64,000 bases of DNA, taken from contig OX597814.1 in the NCBI GenBank assembly GCA_951406725.2, positions 219,604,001-219,668,000 on the forward strand, in the 5' to 3' direction. The notes under the pieces are model-generated. The model was not told where the DNA came from, ran no database searches, and was given only the letters and a program-made list of their open reading frames with translations. How positions within the stretch are numbered: position 1 is the first letter of the stretch; each line of letters opens with the position of its first letter. Source of the DNA: Octopus vulgaris. Taxonomy: Eukaryota. Of this stretch, positions 1-12,490 are shown one piece after another. A program made the position numbers and the translations under genes.

Positions 1-310
1 AGCATAACGGGTACTTTTACATGCCACTGGCACGGGTGTCATTTGCGTGACTCCAGTATCTTCCACAACTGCGATTTTGCTCGGCTTGGTGGGTCTTCTT
101 CCCAAGCGTGACATAATGCCAAAGGTCTCAGTCGTTGCCTCTGTGAGGCCCAACACTCAAAAGGAGCTCAGCCACGTTGCCTCCATGAGGCCCAATGCTT
201 GAAAAGTGCTTTTTACGTGACACCAACACCAGCCATGACTATGATTTCACTTGGCTTGATGGGTCTTCTGCTCAAGCACAGCATATCACCAAGGGTCTCA
301 GTCAGCTTTT
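1..310 (-). mobile_element. Family C retroposon, upstream (5') portion, cut by window edge
   Basis: tttttacatgccactggcac unit motif; ttggcttgatgggtcttctgctcaagcacagc resembles 25350-25380 in the long C copy. Confidence 0.65.
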
Positions 311-683
311 GTGAAGGCTGAGCAATCCAGACGTTAAATGGGTTTTTGTCACTTGATGTTTGCAGGACATTTTGTATTAGTCAGTAGCTTTGTTGTTGTA
401 GTTTTTTTTTTGTTTTTTTTTTTTGAGGTCAACATGTCTATAGTGTTTAGATTTGATGAGTTGTTGTTTTGAGTTTGTGTAGTTGCTGTTTTCTTAGAAT
501 GTAATTAATTAGGTTGTCTATTGTTTTCTGAATCTTATGTTATAAAAGAGGAACGGATTTCGGTCTGTCTGTCTGTCTGTCACAACATCTATTACAGGGA
601 AGGAAAGAAGTATGCGTGTGTGTGTGGGGGGGATCAAAATATACATCACAACATATTTTGAAGAAAAGGAGGAGAAAAAGTTG

Positions 684-709
684 TTGAGAGAGAGAGAGAG
701 AGAGAGAGA

Positions 710-738
<29 letters not shown>
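684..738. repeat. (GA)n(GT)n compound microsatellite
   Basis: direct reading. Confidence 0.95.
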
Positions 739-742
<4 letters not shown>

Positions 743-846
743 TTAGACAGATAGATAAATAGGTAAGTAGGTAGTGTTGTCACCATAGCAACTAACAAGT
801 TTTGATTAAAAACACAAGAATTTTAAGTGAAAGTCTGTCAACGTAA

Positions 847-1323
847 TCATCATCATCATCATTAATGTCCGCTTTCCATGCTGGCATGGGTTGGATGATT
901 TGACTGAGGACTGGTGAACCAGATGAGTGCACCAGGCTTCAATCTGATCTGGCAGAGTTTCTACAGCTGGATGCCCTTCCTAATGCCAACCACTCCGAGA
1001 GTGTAGAGGGTGCTTTTATGTGCCATTGACACGAGGGCCAGTCAGGCGGTACTGGCAACAGCCACGCTCAAATGGTATTTTTTTATGTGCCACCTGCACA
1101 GGAGCCAGTTCAGTGGCACTGGCAACGACCTTGCTCGAATATTTTTTCACATATCACTGGCACATGTGCCAGTAAGGTGACGCTGGTAACAATCATGCTC
1201 GAATGGTGCTTTTTATGTGCCACCGGCACGGAAGCCAGCCAGCTGCTCTGGCAGTGATCCTGCTCGGATGATGCTCTTAGCGCTCCACTAGCACGGATGC
1301 CAGTCCTCGATTTCGATTTCGAT
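847..1323 (-). mobile_element. Family C RTE-type non-autonomous retroposon with internal tandem units
   Basis: (CAT)n tail on plus strand, ggatgcccttcctaatgccaaccactc motif, repeated gtgccaccggcac units. Confidence 0.85.
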
Positions 1324-1468
1324 ATATTTTCTGTTTACATGGAAAGTATAAATACAAGTTGCTCACAAGATGACACAGTGCTAAATATTTTTTTAATTAA
1401 TGATTATAAAATTAAGCAAAATAATTACTTTGTTTTTTTTTTTTTTCTGCAGTATTAATAAGGAGTGA

Positions 1469-1817
1469 GTGAAGGCGCATGGCTCAGTGGTTAGAGCGTC
1501 GAGCTTACGATCGTGAGGTTGTGAGCTTGAATCCCGGACTGGGCTGCATGTTGTGTTCTTGAGCAAGACACTTTATTTCACGTTGCTCCAGTTCACTTAG
1601 CTGTAGAAATGAGTTGCGACGTCACGAGTGCCAAGCTGTATCGGCCCCTTTGTCTTTCCCTTGGATAACACTGGTGGCGTGGAGAGGGGAGGCCGGTATG
1701 CATGGGCGACTGCTGGTCCTCCATAAACAACCATGCCCAGACTTGTGACTAGGAGGGTAACTTTCTAGGTGCAATCCCATAGTCAGTGTCGTGACTGAAG
1801 GGGGTCCCGGATCCCGG
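1469..1817 (+). mobile_element. tRNA-derived SINE, family E
   Basis: A-box tggctcagtggttag, B-box-like gcttgaatccc, body cttgagcaagacactt; 12-bp TSD aataaggagtga at 1457-1468 and 1818-1829. Confidence 0.9.
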
Positions 1818-1956
1818 AATAAGGAGTGAAATGAAAACAAAATATAGATATTTATATTTTGTTTTTGTGTGTTTCTGTATGTTTTTCAGCATAGAGACAA
1901 CTCAGCACAGTTTCAAAAAAAATAAAGAAAAAAAAAAAAACCTTCATTATGTAACA

Positions 1957-2127
1957 GACGCAGGAGTGGCTGTGTGGTATGTAGCTTGCTTACAAACCAC
2001 ATGGTTCTGGGTTCAGTCCCACTGCATGGCATCTTGGGCAAGTGTCTTCTGCTATAGCCCCGGGCCGACCAATGCCTTGTGAGTGGATTTGGTAGACGGA
2101 AACTGAAAGAAGCCTGTCGTATATATG

Positions 2128-2158
<31 letters not shown>

Positions 2159-2365
2159 CTGTGTTTGTCCCCCTAGTATTGCTTGACAACCGATGCTGGT
2201 GTGTTTATGTCCCCGTTACTTAGCGGTTCGGCAAAAGAGACCGATAGAATAAGTACTGGGCTTACAAAATAATAAGTCCTGGGGTTGATTTGGTCGACTA
2301 AAGGCGGTGCTCCAGCATGGCCGCAGTCAAATGACTGAACAAGTAAAAGAGTAAAAAGAGAGAGT
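1957..2365 (+). mobile_element. tRNA-derived SINE, family A
   Basis: head gcaggagtggctgtgtggt...gggttcagtccc, internal (TA)n(TG)n, 3' hairpin cagtcaaatgactg and (gtaaaaga)n tail; more than 12 near-identical copies in the window. Confidence 0.92.
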
Positions 2366-2380
2366 ATAGTTAGTTTTGGT

Positions 2381-2419
<39 letters not shown>

Positions 2420-2636
2420 TTCTGTCTGTATGTCTTTCAACATTGAGACAATGCAACACACACTTTAGAAAGATGACTTTCACTATGACAGGTTGTTGAG
2501 AAAGAAAATCAGAGAGAGAGAGAGACAGAGAGTCTGGAATATAGATAAGTAGACTTGTCACCATAGTAACTAACAAAACTTTCAATATATAACTGTCCAC
2601 TATTAAAAGAATGTATATGCATGATAAACAAACATA

Positions 2637-3033
2637 GGCGCAGGAGTGGCTGTGTGGTAAGTAGCTTGCTAACCAACCACATGGTTCCGGGTTCAGTCCC
2701 ACTGCGTGGCACCTTGGGCAAGTGTCTTCTGCTATAGCCTCGGGCCGACCAAAGCCTTGTGAGTGGATTTGGTAGATGGAAACTGAAAGAAGCCTGTCGT
2801 ATATATGTATATATATGTGTGTGTGCGTGTCTGTTTGTCCCCTAGCATTGCTTGACAACCGATGCTGGTGTGTTTATGTCCCCATCACTTAGCGGTTCGG
2901 CAAAAGAGACCGATAGAATAAGTACTGGGCTTACAAAAGAATAAGTCCCGGGGTCGAGTTGCTCGACTAAAGGCGGTGCTCCAGCATGGCCAAAGTCAAA
3001 TAACTGAAACAAGTAAAAGAGTAAAAGAGTAAA
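2637..3033 (+). mobile_element. SINE family A
   Basis: full-length match to other A copies. Confidence 0.92.
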
Positions 3034-3147
3034 TATGTGTAGTGACAGGTAAAGACTTAGTACTTCGTAATAGCAGTGAACAAGGTAAACTTGTTTCATT
3101 TTCAAATGTTCTTTGTCCATAGCCATCTCAAGATGTTATCGGTTTAA

Positions 3148-3368
3148 CCCTTTCGTTACCGTATTTATTTTGAGATGCTTTGTGTTTCTTTCAATTATTT
3201 TAAATATAACAAAGAATTTAGTAAAATAACTTCGTTATCATTAAGCTAGTGTTAGGAATATAAATTGCAACTAATGTTTGGTGGTATATTTTGATGCAAA
3301 ACTTATGAAAACAAGACATTTGTACTACAGAGCCAGAGCCGGTTTTGGCCGGGTTAGTAACGAAAGGG
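3148..3368. mobile_element. piggyBac-like MITE (family M2)
   Basis: TIR ccctttcgttac / gtaacgaaaggg flanked by TTAA on both sides; second copy at 58693-58912. Confidence 0.88.
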
Positions 3369-4050
3369 TTAACATAAAAATTATGTTAGTACAATAACCT
3401 TTGCCCATAGACTCGGGGAATTAGCTTTAGTTTGTTGGCTGATAACAAAATATAATTAGTCAAGTCATACCAGTGTTTGAAAAAAACGGATGTGAAATGA
3501 TGAAGATGATATTGATGTTTAGATAAGAGCCTTAAGTTAACATTTGTTTTCTTTTTATCATGTTGCTGCATGAATATTATTGGCAAGAAGAATATAAATA
3601 ATTATGATGAAACAAATACACTGAATATAATATTTTGCTTTGTAAGTTCGTGTAACAAAGCAGGAAGTTGTAAGAGCAATCCTTCAATTTTAGGCTTTTT
3701 AAATGAATGATGTATTTGTTACACTAATGCTGTGGTAATTTTATAAGTATTTTTTAAATGAAAATTAAAAAAAAAAACAAAGCAAAAAATAACTTGTCTA
3801 TGATTGACGAGAGATTTATTTCATCAGGAAATATACTTTGAAATGTATATTGTTGCATTTATCTAGTTAAAGGCTAAATTATTGTAGTGCAATGGAAAAG
3901 TCTGATTGAGTTGTTTAAAAAAAAAAAGAAAGAAACATAATCAGGGTATTCGTTAATGAAATATTATGACTTTGTAAAAAACACAATAATAAATGAAAAA
4001 AAAGGTTCATGATGTAGTGATTATCTTTATGTATTGATAATTTATATTAA

Positions 4051-4464
4051 GTGCAGATTGGGGCTATGTGGTTAAGAAGTTTGCTTCACAACCATGCAGT
4101 GTCAGGTTCAGTCGCACTGCGACACCTTGGACAGGTGTCTTCTGTGACACTTCGGTCAGTCAAGGCCTTGCTAGCGGACTTGATAGATGGAAGCTGAAAG
4201 ACACTTGTGGTGTGTGTGTGTGTTTGCACTCCTTTTCTTGACTTTGAGTACTAATTGTAAACAAACTTCATTGTTATGCAAGCAGTGTCATTTATTTGTA
4301 ATCTTCTGTGAAACAATGCTTAGCCACTGTGCTGTTCCTGACTCAAGGGACTTGAGGACTTGAAACATTAATTTGCTTGGAGACAAGGTTATAGAAAGAA
4401 CATCTGGCTGATGGAAATCTGTCTTCAGGAATTTTGTCTGGCCTATGCAAGTATGATGATGATG
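4051..4464 (+). mobile_element. Old SINE: A-type tRNA head with C-type (GAT)n tail
   Basis: degenerate A head then agaaagaacatctggctg...tgatgatgatg; same layout as 29681-30093. Confidence 0.65.
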
Positions 4465-4790
4465 GTTATTATCGGTAGAATCATTGGAGTATCAGACTAA
4501 ATGCTTTATGTTCTAATCTTGCTGAGGTTAAATTTGCCTTTCATCATTCTAGGGCTGATAACATAAAGGATTGGGGTTGATATAATCAACTATGCCCCTA
4601 AAGTCTGGGCTTCTATCTATGTTAGAAACAATAAATTTATGTTTATAATTTACTTGATGCATTTCCTGTTCTGTGTAGCAATCAGCTGATAATAAAAGCT
4701 ACTTAACATTTGCAAATTTAGTGGAAAATAAATTTGATACTTCCTTAATGATTACCAGTTCAGTTTGTAATGCAAGATGTATGGAAGACT

Positions 4791-4901
4791 TTTTAGGTGT
4801 TTTCGCTCAATAAACACTCACAACGCCCGGTCTGGGAATCGAAACTGCAATCCTATACCCGCAAGTCCGCTGCCCTAACCACTGGGCCATTGCGCCTCCA
4901 C
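4791..4901 (-). mobile_element. SINE family B head only
   Basis: reverse complement of gtggaggcgcaatggcccagtggttagggcagcggac...ttcgattccc. Confidence 0.85.
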
Positions 4902-5119
4902 TCTTTACTATTAGATGCCCGTTGTATGCTACTATGCTAGTATGATGGTCTTTGCTCCTCAGAGGTGACTTGACTCATCTCTCCTCCTCCCGTCACCTTT
5001 TTATGTCCACCCTACTCTATGGCTCTACACTGATCATTAGCCACTTCCTCTAGATTTAGCAAGTTAAGCAGACAAACAAACGGAATACTTAATGTTCTTC
5101 TTCGGATTACATATATGGG

Positions 5120-5570
5120 CATCAACATTATCATTATCATTTAATTTCCACTTTTCCATGTTTGCATGGGTTGGACAGAGTATATTTGTGGCAGATTTTC
5201 TATGGCTGGATGCCCTTCCTGTCGCTAAACCTCACCCACTTCCAAGCAAGACATGTTCTTGCAGAATATTGGAAATGAATACTGCTGCTTGTATCATAGT
5301 AATGTCCATTTATGACTATCAAGGCAAGGAGACAAACACACACACATGTGCACAATACATCTCTTTCTGTGTGTGTGTGTGTGTATGTACACACACATGC
5401 GTACACAACAGGCTTCTTTCAGTTTCTGTCTACAATATCCATTCATAAAGCTTTGATCAACCCGAAAGCTATTGTACAAGACACTTCCCTAAGGTGCCAT
5501 GTAGTGGGACTGAACCTAGAGCCATGTGGTTGGGAAGCAAACTCATTGCCACACAGCCACATCTGTGCCT
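5120..5570 (-). mobile_element. Old SINE: A head with C-type tail
   Basis: ggatgcccttcc and ttttccatg tail motifs joined to the A head reverse complement. Confidence 0.75.
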
Positions 5571-5760
5571 ATGCAACCACACTTGCATACACACACACAC
5601 ACACACCTTCCTTTACAGATCTCATGTATTTCTGAAGCTCAAGAATTACAACCCATATTTCTGTAGTTAATATGGCCAGGCTTTACTGCAATCATCTCTA
5701 TCAACTCGAAGATCTAGTAAGCAAAAAAAGGATAACCTTGAAATTAATATTTTAATACGA

Positions 5761-6125
5761 CACTATCCGAATCGTGGCTGATGCCAGCGCCGCCTCGACT
5801 GGCTTCCATGTCGGTGGCACGTAAAAAGCACCATCCGAATCGTGGCCGAAGCCGGTGCCGCCTCAATTGGCTTCCGTGCCGGTGGCACGTAAAATGCACC
5901 AATCCGCCTGTGGCCGATGCCAGCCTCGCCTGGCTCCAGTGCAGGTGGCACGTAAAAAGCACCCACTACACTCACGGAGTGGTTGGTGTTAGGAAGGGCA
6001 TCCAGCTGTAGAAACATTGCCAGATAAGACCGGAGCCTGGTGCAGCCTTCTGGCTTCCCAGATCCCCGGTCGAACCGTCCAACCCATGCTAGCATGGAGA
6101 ACGGACGTTAAACGATGATGATGAC
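5761..6125 (+). mobile_element. Family C retroposon, 5'-truncated
   Basis: three ggtggcacgtaaaa units, aggaagggcatccagctgtag, ggacgttaaacgatgatgatg tail. Confidence 0.9.
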
Positions 6126-6308
6126 ATATGTTGGAGGTCATCATCTTCAGGAAATGTTGGAAATGAATGATACTCCTCCTTCGCATTAAGCTTCACTTCA
6201 AAGGGAGTTTGCTGTTCTTGGTTTTGGGAAGACAAGTCTTTCAGTCATTTGTGTCTTTGATTATATTCAGGAAAAAAAAAAGGTAATTCATAAATGGTAA
6301 ATTGTTCC

Positions 6309-6882
6309 TTAGTCCTTTAACATTCAGATTACTTTGCCAAATGTAATTCTTATTTATTCATATATTTTTTTAATTTATCAAGTATTAGCAGTATCGCCCG
6401 GCGTTGCTCAGGTTTGTAAGGGAAATAACTATATAAGCATTTTTAGAGAGTTACTTCCCTTATAGATGCCAATTCGGGCTTTCTTAGCCATTTCTGTTTT
6501 GGTGTCTTCAAGCCATGAAGTCGTTGTTCTAAAAGAACGCTGGTCTCCTTGACAACGCTTTACGACGTTGATTTCCCTACACTCCCTTCCCCACAGCTTC
6601 ACGAGGGAGGGAAGAAGGGGGAGAAGATACCTGAATTTGGTTAAACTGCACTGCAAAATGTGGGAGTAGTTAGGAATCTAAATCGAAGGGGACAGACACT
6701 CACACAACTACAGTTTTATATATATAGATTAGCTTGTAGCGTCAAGATTGCATAAATGTGGTTGTTTAATTTTTAGAATGACATTGCAGGGTAGGTGTGA
6801 GAGATCAGATCTGACCAGTCTGGACATAAAGCAGGTAGAATATTTGGGCCGGATATAACTGGTTTAAATGCTAAAGAGTTAA
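6309..6882. mobile_element. piggyBac-like MITE (family M1) interrupted by a Helitron
   Basis: halves match the reverse complement of 13404-13624; ends tgctaaagagttaa. Confidence 0.7.
6385..6728 (-). mobile_element. Non-autonomous Helitron
   Basis: minus strand starts tctatatatataaa and ends with hairpin remnant ...gcaacgccgggcgatactgctaa (CTAG mutated); termini shared with 7216-7612. Confidence 0.8.
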
Positions 6883-7215
6883 TGTAAATCTTAAATCCCA
6901 ATCAATCAGCTTGCTTTGGTTCTCGTCGCTTTGTGTAAGGCTGCTCTCTCACTGGGAATTTTTTTCTTCTTTGGTACTCTTTATGTTCCTATATTTTATC
7001 ACTGGACACTAACCATTACTATTTTTGTGCTCCTTAGTCTATGCCAATCAGATCTGTTAGGCAGAAACATGGTTAATTTAAAACCCTGGATCTGGTGTAA
7101 CCAGCTATCACATGCTACATGTTTGCTTGATCAGGGCTGACTTAGTGTTATGCAATAACAACTTCTGCAATCTAAGAGTTCTAAGAATTACTATTATGTT
7201 CTTTCTCCACCAGTA

Positions 7216-7612
7216 TCTTTATATATAAAAGTGAGGTTGTGTGCTGTCTGTCTCCTACGATTTAGATTCCTAACTACTCCCACATTTTGCGGTGCAATTT
7301 AACCAAAACCGGGTATCTTATAGTCGTGATTCATATCGAGCCCTTCTGGGTATTAGCGCGCGTCTACGATGAGTCTACGATTAAAAAAAAATTTACCATC
7401 AATTTTTCCCATTTTTAATGCATTTTTGGCATATATAAGGGAAGTAACTCTCTAAAAATTTATTATTAAATTTCAGAACGTAAAAAGCTACAGTAACCCC
7501 CCCCCCCTTTGTGGTTAGCCATATTGAGATGGCTATTATACTTTACATCTCTAAAAATGCTTATATAGTTATTTCCCTTACAAACCCGAGCAACGCCGGG
7601 TGATACTGCTAG
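7216..7612 (+). mobile_element. Non-autonomous Helitron
   Basis: A|TC 5' end, subterminal hairpin cccgagcaacgccggg, CTAG|T 3' end, no TSD; near-identical copy at 57566-57965. Confidence 0.88.
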
Positions 7613-8358
7613 TATACTGATAAAGCAAACCACAAGTGTTAAGTAAGTGGAGCACAAGATAGACTGATCAACCTGTGTTGTGTCAATAACTCCTCTCACT
7701 GGAGCATAAGACAAGATTACAGTGGAAAGAGATTTTTTTTTTTTTGTTATTTTTATAAAAATCAGAATTTTTGAGCAGGAGTCACTTAAGACCTATCTAG
7801 TTATCGTAGCATGCAATAATTTCCTCTCATTATACTAAATCACACTCAACCGAAGACAATTATTCTCATTAAGAACACTTGCCAATTATTAATAATTATA
7901 TGTCATACTTAATTTTCTCTCACCACTTATATTTTCAGATGGCTTAAAAAAAAATTAAATCTCATAGAAATTCTAAAAGTGTTTATGACTAATTAATGTG
8001 TAAAAGAATTAAAAAAAACCCCAAAAAACAAAAACAAAAAACATGTAAAACCCCAAAACAAAGAAACAATTTTATGTAATTTGGAGAAAGTGCAGTTTTG
8101 CTGTCTCAGAGGTAGTCTTGATTATTGAAAATTTTGCCTGGCGGATTCATTTTATTAAAATGATTTTTCTTTGAAGCATGACTTTTTGCATTCTTTGTCT
8201 CAGTACAGAGAATAAATAGGCTGGAATCACTGTTGTCATGCCATCTCTTTCAACAAAGCACTGCATTTTGTGCCATAGTATACCATTGTATACTGATCAG
8301 TTAAAAGAAGAAAAAAAAGTTGCCATTTTATTTATGCATGTAGCTAAAGGAAAATAAG

Positions 8359-8459
8359 AAATATATCTCGATGTATCTGTGAGTTTAAAGAAATATATCT
8401 CGATGTATATGTAAATATATCCCGATGTATCTGTAAGAAATATATCTCGATGTATCAGT
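8359..8459. repeat. Four copies of an ~18-22 bp motif aaatatatctcgatgtat
   Basis: direct reading; short variable linkers. Confidence 0.85.
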
Positions 8460-8871
8460 AAAAAATGGAAACTTATTGTTGGAATATAAGTATGAAAAAT
8501 GACCGTGTAATTCGGCATAAATACTTAAAAAGTATCTCTCTCATTTTTCCCCACCTCCTGTGTGAGTTCGTTTACACATATGTTGAATAAATTATGCAAA
8601 GTATACTTATTCATCTATTTAAAATAACTGCTTCTATTTTTTGTTTTACTGTATAGACTTAGACCATCTTATATATAACTGAAGATTTGCACTCTATATG
8701 GTCTTTTTCATCCTTGTTGTAGAGAGACCTACAGTTCCCTCTTTGCTTCTGTGGGATATATGTGTAGAATTTTTGATCTTGACCACTGGGAATGTAGCCA
8801 AATATCTGTCTGTACATAAAATGATAACTTAAGCAAATTGCTTGCTGGGCCTCATTGTTTTGCTGTTGGTA

Positions 8872-9830
8872 TCTTAGAATAACTTAGAAAGGTTTTGGCC
8901 AGTATTGGCCCAGGCCATGTCTAACTTAATAGCACCACCTGGCGAAGTCTTTCAATTCAGGATTTGAGCACCAAGGCCCATTCGAGCAGAGAGTTATTGT
9001 TTGCGGAGACATATCCGGGTGTGGGTGGTTTGTCCGGGACTGTTTGAAGGAATTTGTCCAAAATCTTCTTGAATTTTGTATGGTCATTTTCTGTTTTGAC
9101 GTGTGCTGGTGTAATGTTGAAGAAAACGGGTCCTATTGAGGTGAAATAATTGTGCCGTATTGTTGTTATTAGATGCGATTTAGATTTTTGTTGTGGACGG
9201 ATAGCACGTGGTCCAAGCCTTGGATGTATTTTGAAGGTGATGCCAACATCATTCGGACAGTGCTGATGGAATATTTTCCACATCATACGGATAATGTAGC
9301 GTTCACGGCGTCGTTGGAGTGAATACAGTTTCAGCTTTTCCAGTCGATCCCAGTAGTCGAAGTCTGACATGCCATCTATCTTTTTCGTGATTGACCTTTG
9401 GGGAGCTTCAATTCTCATAATATTTTGTTTTGTGTAGGGAGACCACAGTGGTCAGCAGTATTCAAGGTGAGGTCGGGCAAAAGTGGAGAAGAGAAGGATA
9501 ATGGTGTGGGAATCTCTCGACTGGAAGGTTCTGAGAATCCAGGAACACATTCTGCGGGCCGTGTCAACTTTGCTGCTTATATGTGTAGCCCAGCTTATGT
9601 TGTTGTCCACTGTTACTCCCAAGTCTCTGATGTTGTTAGACGCCATGAGAGTTTCACCAGAAGGAAGGGAGTATGGGAGTTTCAGAGCATCCTCCCTTCC
9701 AAAGTGGATCAATTTGAATTTGTCTTCGTTTAGCAGCATGTTGTTCTTTTCCGCCCATTGGACAACAGCCAGTAGGTCTGACTGAAGGCTTATTCGGTCA
9801 TCCACGCCATCGATGACCTTCTGGAGCTTC
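8872..9830 (-). pseudogene. 5'-truncated CR1/L2-group LINE: RT C-terminal region plus 3' UTR
   Basis: KLQKVIDG-DDRISLQSDL..WA..N.M.LNEDK; RDLGVTVD.NISW..HI; RPHLEYC*PLWSP; IEAPQR; RLEKLKLYSLQRRRER. One in-frame stop at 9452-9454 joins the two listed ORFs; 3' hairpin and ttctaag repeats at the end. Confidence 0.9.
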
Positions 9831-10790
9831 GCAATTTGTTATTACTTTTGTTTCTAGTTGTAATACTCCTGCTGCTGCTGATTACCCACGTTAGCAATGG
9901 TTATTTGCTTCTATGGAGTGAAGTAATTAGTCATGACGATGACTTTGTTACTAGCCGTAACTAGAAAAGTAGGAAACTAGTATGGTTTAGTGTATGCGGC
10001 TGCTGTATATTTTCTATTAGAAACAAAGCATACTACATTACTTGACTTGCAACAGTCAGTTTTGTTGAAAGTTGATTGTAATTCCACTTCATAGTTGAAT
10101 GGTTACTTTTAGAAAAAGTATCCAACTGTAAAACAAACTGACTATCCATGCAAATAAGAACATTTTCAGAATTATGTTTGATTGAGAAAAACAGATGTAA
10201 ACACTTAAAACAAAACAAAAAAAAAATAATTACAGTATAATTTAAATTATTAATCAAGATTACTTGCATATTAAATAGTTAAAATGTTTCAGGAAGCATG
10301 TTGGAAATAAAAGGATTGAAGAAAATGCAAAATGATGGTTTATACTTTTATCATATATTTCAATAATTTGAAAACCACCTCATCAAGCTAGCTCCATTCT
10401 ACACTGATCTGAAATAATGAGACATTCAATTACTCTCATACTGAGAGAGGATGTGTTGCAACATGTGTTAACTGATGTTATTGCATCAACCAATCAGTAT
10501 TATGAATTTTATACATGTTATTGGTGTATGGATAGAGTTTATTAAGAAGGTTAGCTTCTTTATCTTTTAAATTTCCAATATTCTGTTCTGAGGGATTTCA
10601 TAGTGGCTGTGATTTCTAGCTATGCCACCTCTCCTGATGTTTAATGTAGAAAATATTTATATGACTGTTTTCTTTAATGTCAGTATACAGTTTTCAGACA
10701 GTGATCCTGATGTAAAGTTCATTACATATATAATGAGTGTTAACGACATGTTGGCCCATAAAAATATACAGTAATCCCTCACCATATTGC

Positions 10791-12490
10791 AGTTCACCTA
10801 TCGCACACTCAATACATCGTGGTTCACTTATCGCACACTCAGTACATCGTGGTTCACTTATTGCACACTCAGTACATCGTGGTACACTTATTGCACACTC
10901 AGTACATCGTGGTTCACTTATCGCACACTCAGTACATCGTGGTTCACTTATTGCACACTCAATACATCGTGGTTCACTTATCGCACACTCAGTACATCGT
11001 GGTTCACTTATCGCACACTCAGTACATCGTGGTTCACTTATTGCACACTCAATACATCGTGGTTCACTTATCGCACACTCAGTACATCGTGGTTCACTTA
11101 TCGCACACTCAGTACATCGTGGTTCACTTATCGCGCACTCAGTACATCGTGGTTCACTTATCGCACACTCAGTACATCGTGGTTCACTTATCGCACACTC
11201 AGTACATCGTGGTTCACTTATTGCACACTCAGTACATCGTGGTTCACTTATCGCACACTCAGTACATCGTGGTTCACTTATCGCACACTCAGTACATCGT
11301 GGTTCACTTATTGCACACTCAGTACATCGTGGTTCACTTATCGCACACTCAGTACATCGTGGTTCACTTATCGCGCACTCAATACATCGTGGTTCACTTA
11401 TCGCACACTCAGTACATCGTTGTTCACTTATCGCACACTCAGTACATCGTGGTTCACTTATTGCACACTCAGTACATCGTGGTACACTTATTGCACACTC
11501 AGTACATCGTGGTTCACTTATTGCACACTCAGTACATCGTGGTTCACTTATCGCACACTCAGTACATCGTGGTTCACTTATCGCACACTCAGTACATCGT
11601 GGTTCACTTATCGCACACTCAGTACATCGTGGTTCACTTATCGCACACTCAGTACATCGTGGTTCACTTATTGCACACTCAATACATCGTGGTTCACTTA
11701 TCGCACACTCAGTACATCGTTGGTTCACTTATCGCACACTCAGTACATCGTGGTTCACTTATCGCACACCACTCAGTACATCGTGGTTCACTTATCGCAC
11801 ACTCAGTACATCGTGGTTCACTTATCGCACACTCAGTACATCGTGGTTCACTTATTGCACACTCAGTACATCGTGGTTCACATATCGCACACTTAGTACA
11901 TCGTGGTTCACTTATTGCACACTCAGTACATCGTGGTACACTTATTGCACACTCAGTACATCGTGGTTCACTTATCGTACACTCAGTACATCGTGGTTCA
12001 CTTATCGCACACTCAGTACATCGTGGTTCACTTATCGCACACTCAGTACATCGTGGTTCACTTATCGCACACTCAGTACATCGTGGTTCACTTATCGCAC
12101 ACTCAGTACATCGTGGTTCACTTATATCGCACACTCAGTACATCGTGGTTCACTTATCGCACACTCAGTACATCGTGGTTCACATATCGCACACTCAGTA
12201 CATCGTGGTTCACATATCGCACACTCAGTACATCGTGGTTCACTTATCGCACACTCAGTACATCGTGGTTCACTTATCGCACACTCAGTACATCGTGGTT
12301 CACTTATCGCACACTCAGTACATCGTGGTTCACATATCGCACACTCAGTACATCGTGGTTCACATATCGCACACTTAGTACATCGTGGTTCACTTATCGC
12401 ACACTTAGTACATCGTGGTTCACATATCGCACACTCAGTACATCGTGGTTCACATATCGCACACTCAGTACATATCGTGCACTCTGTACA
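10791..12490. repeat. 30-bp tandem satellite/minisatellite, ~56 copies of tcgcacactcagtacatcgtggttcactta
   Basis: continuous head-to-tail units with few substitutions, no spacers. Confidence 0.97.

Noticed and set aside
6118-6155. Third hammerhead (minus strand cctgaaga-tgatgac...gtcatca)
   Set aside because: Stem II could form but no GAAA follows; the pairing partly uses the (GAT)n tail of the adjacent element
10791-12490. CRISPR array
   Set aside because: Units are contiguous with no unique spacers; no cas genes; eukaryotic context
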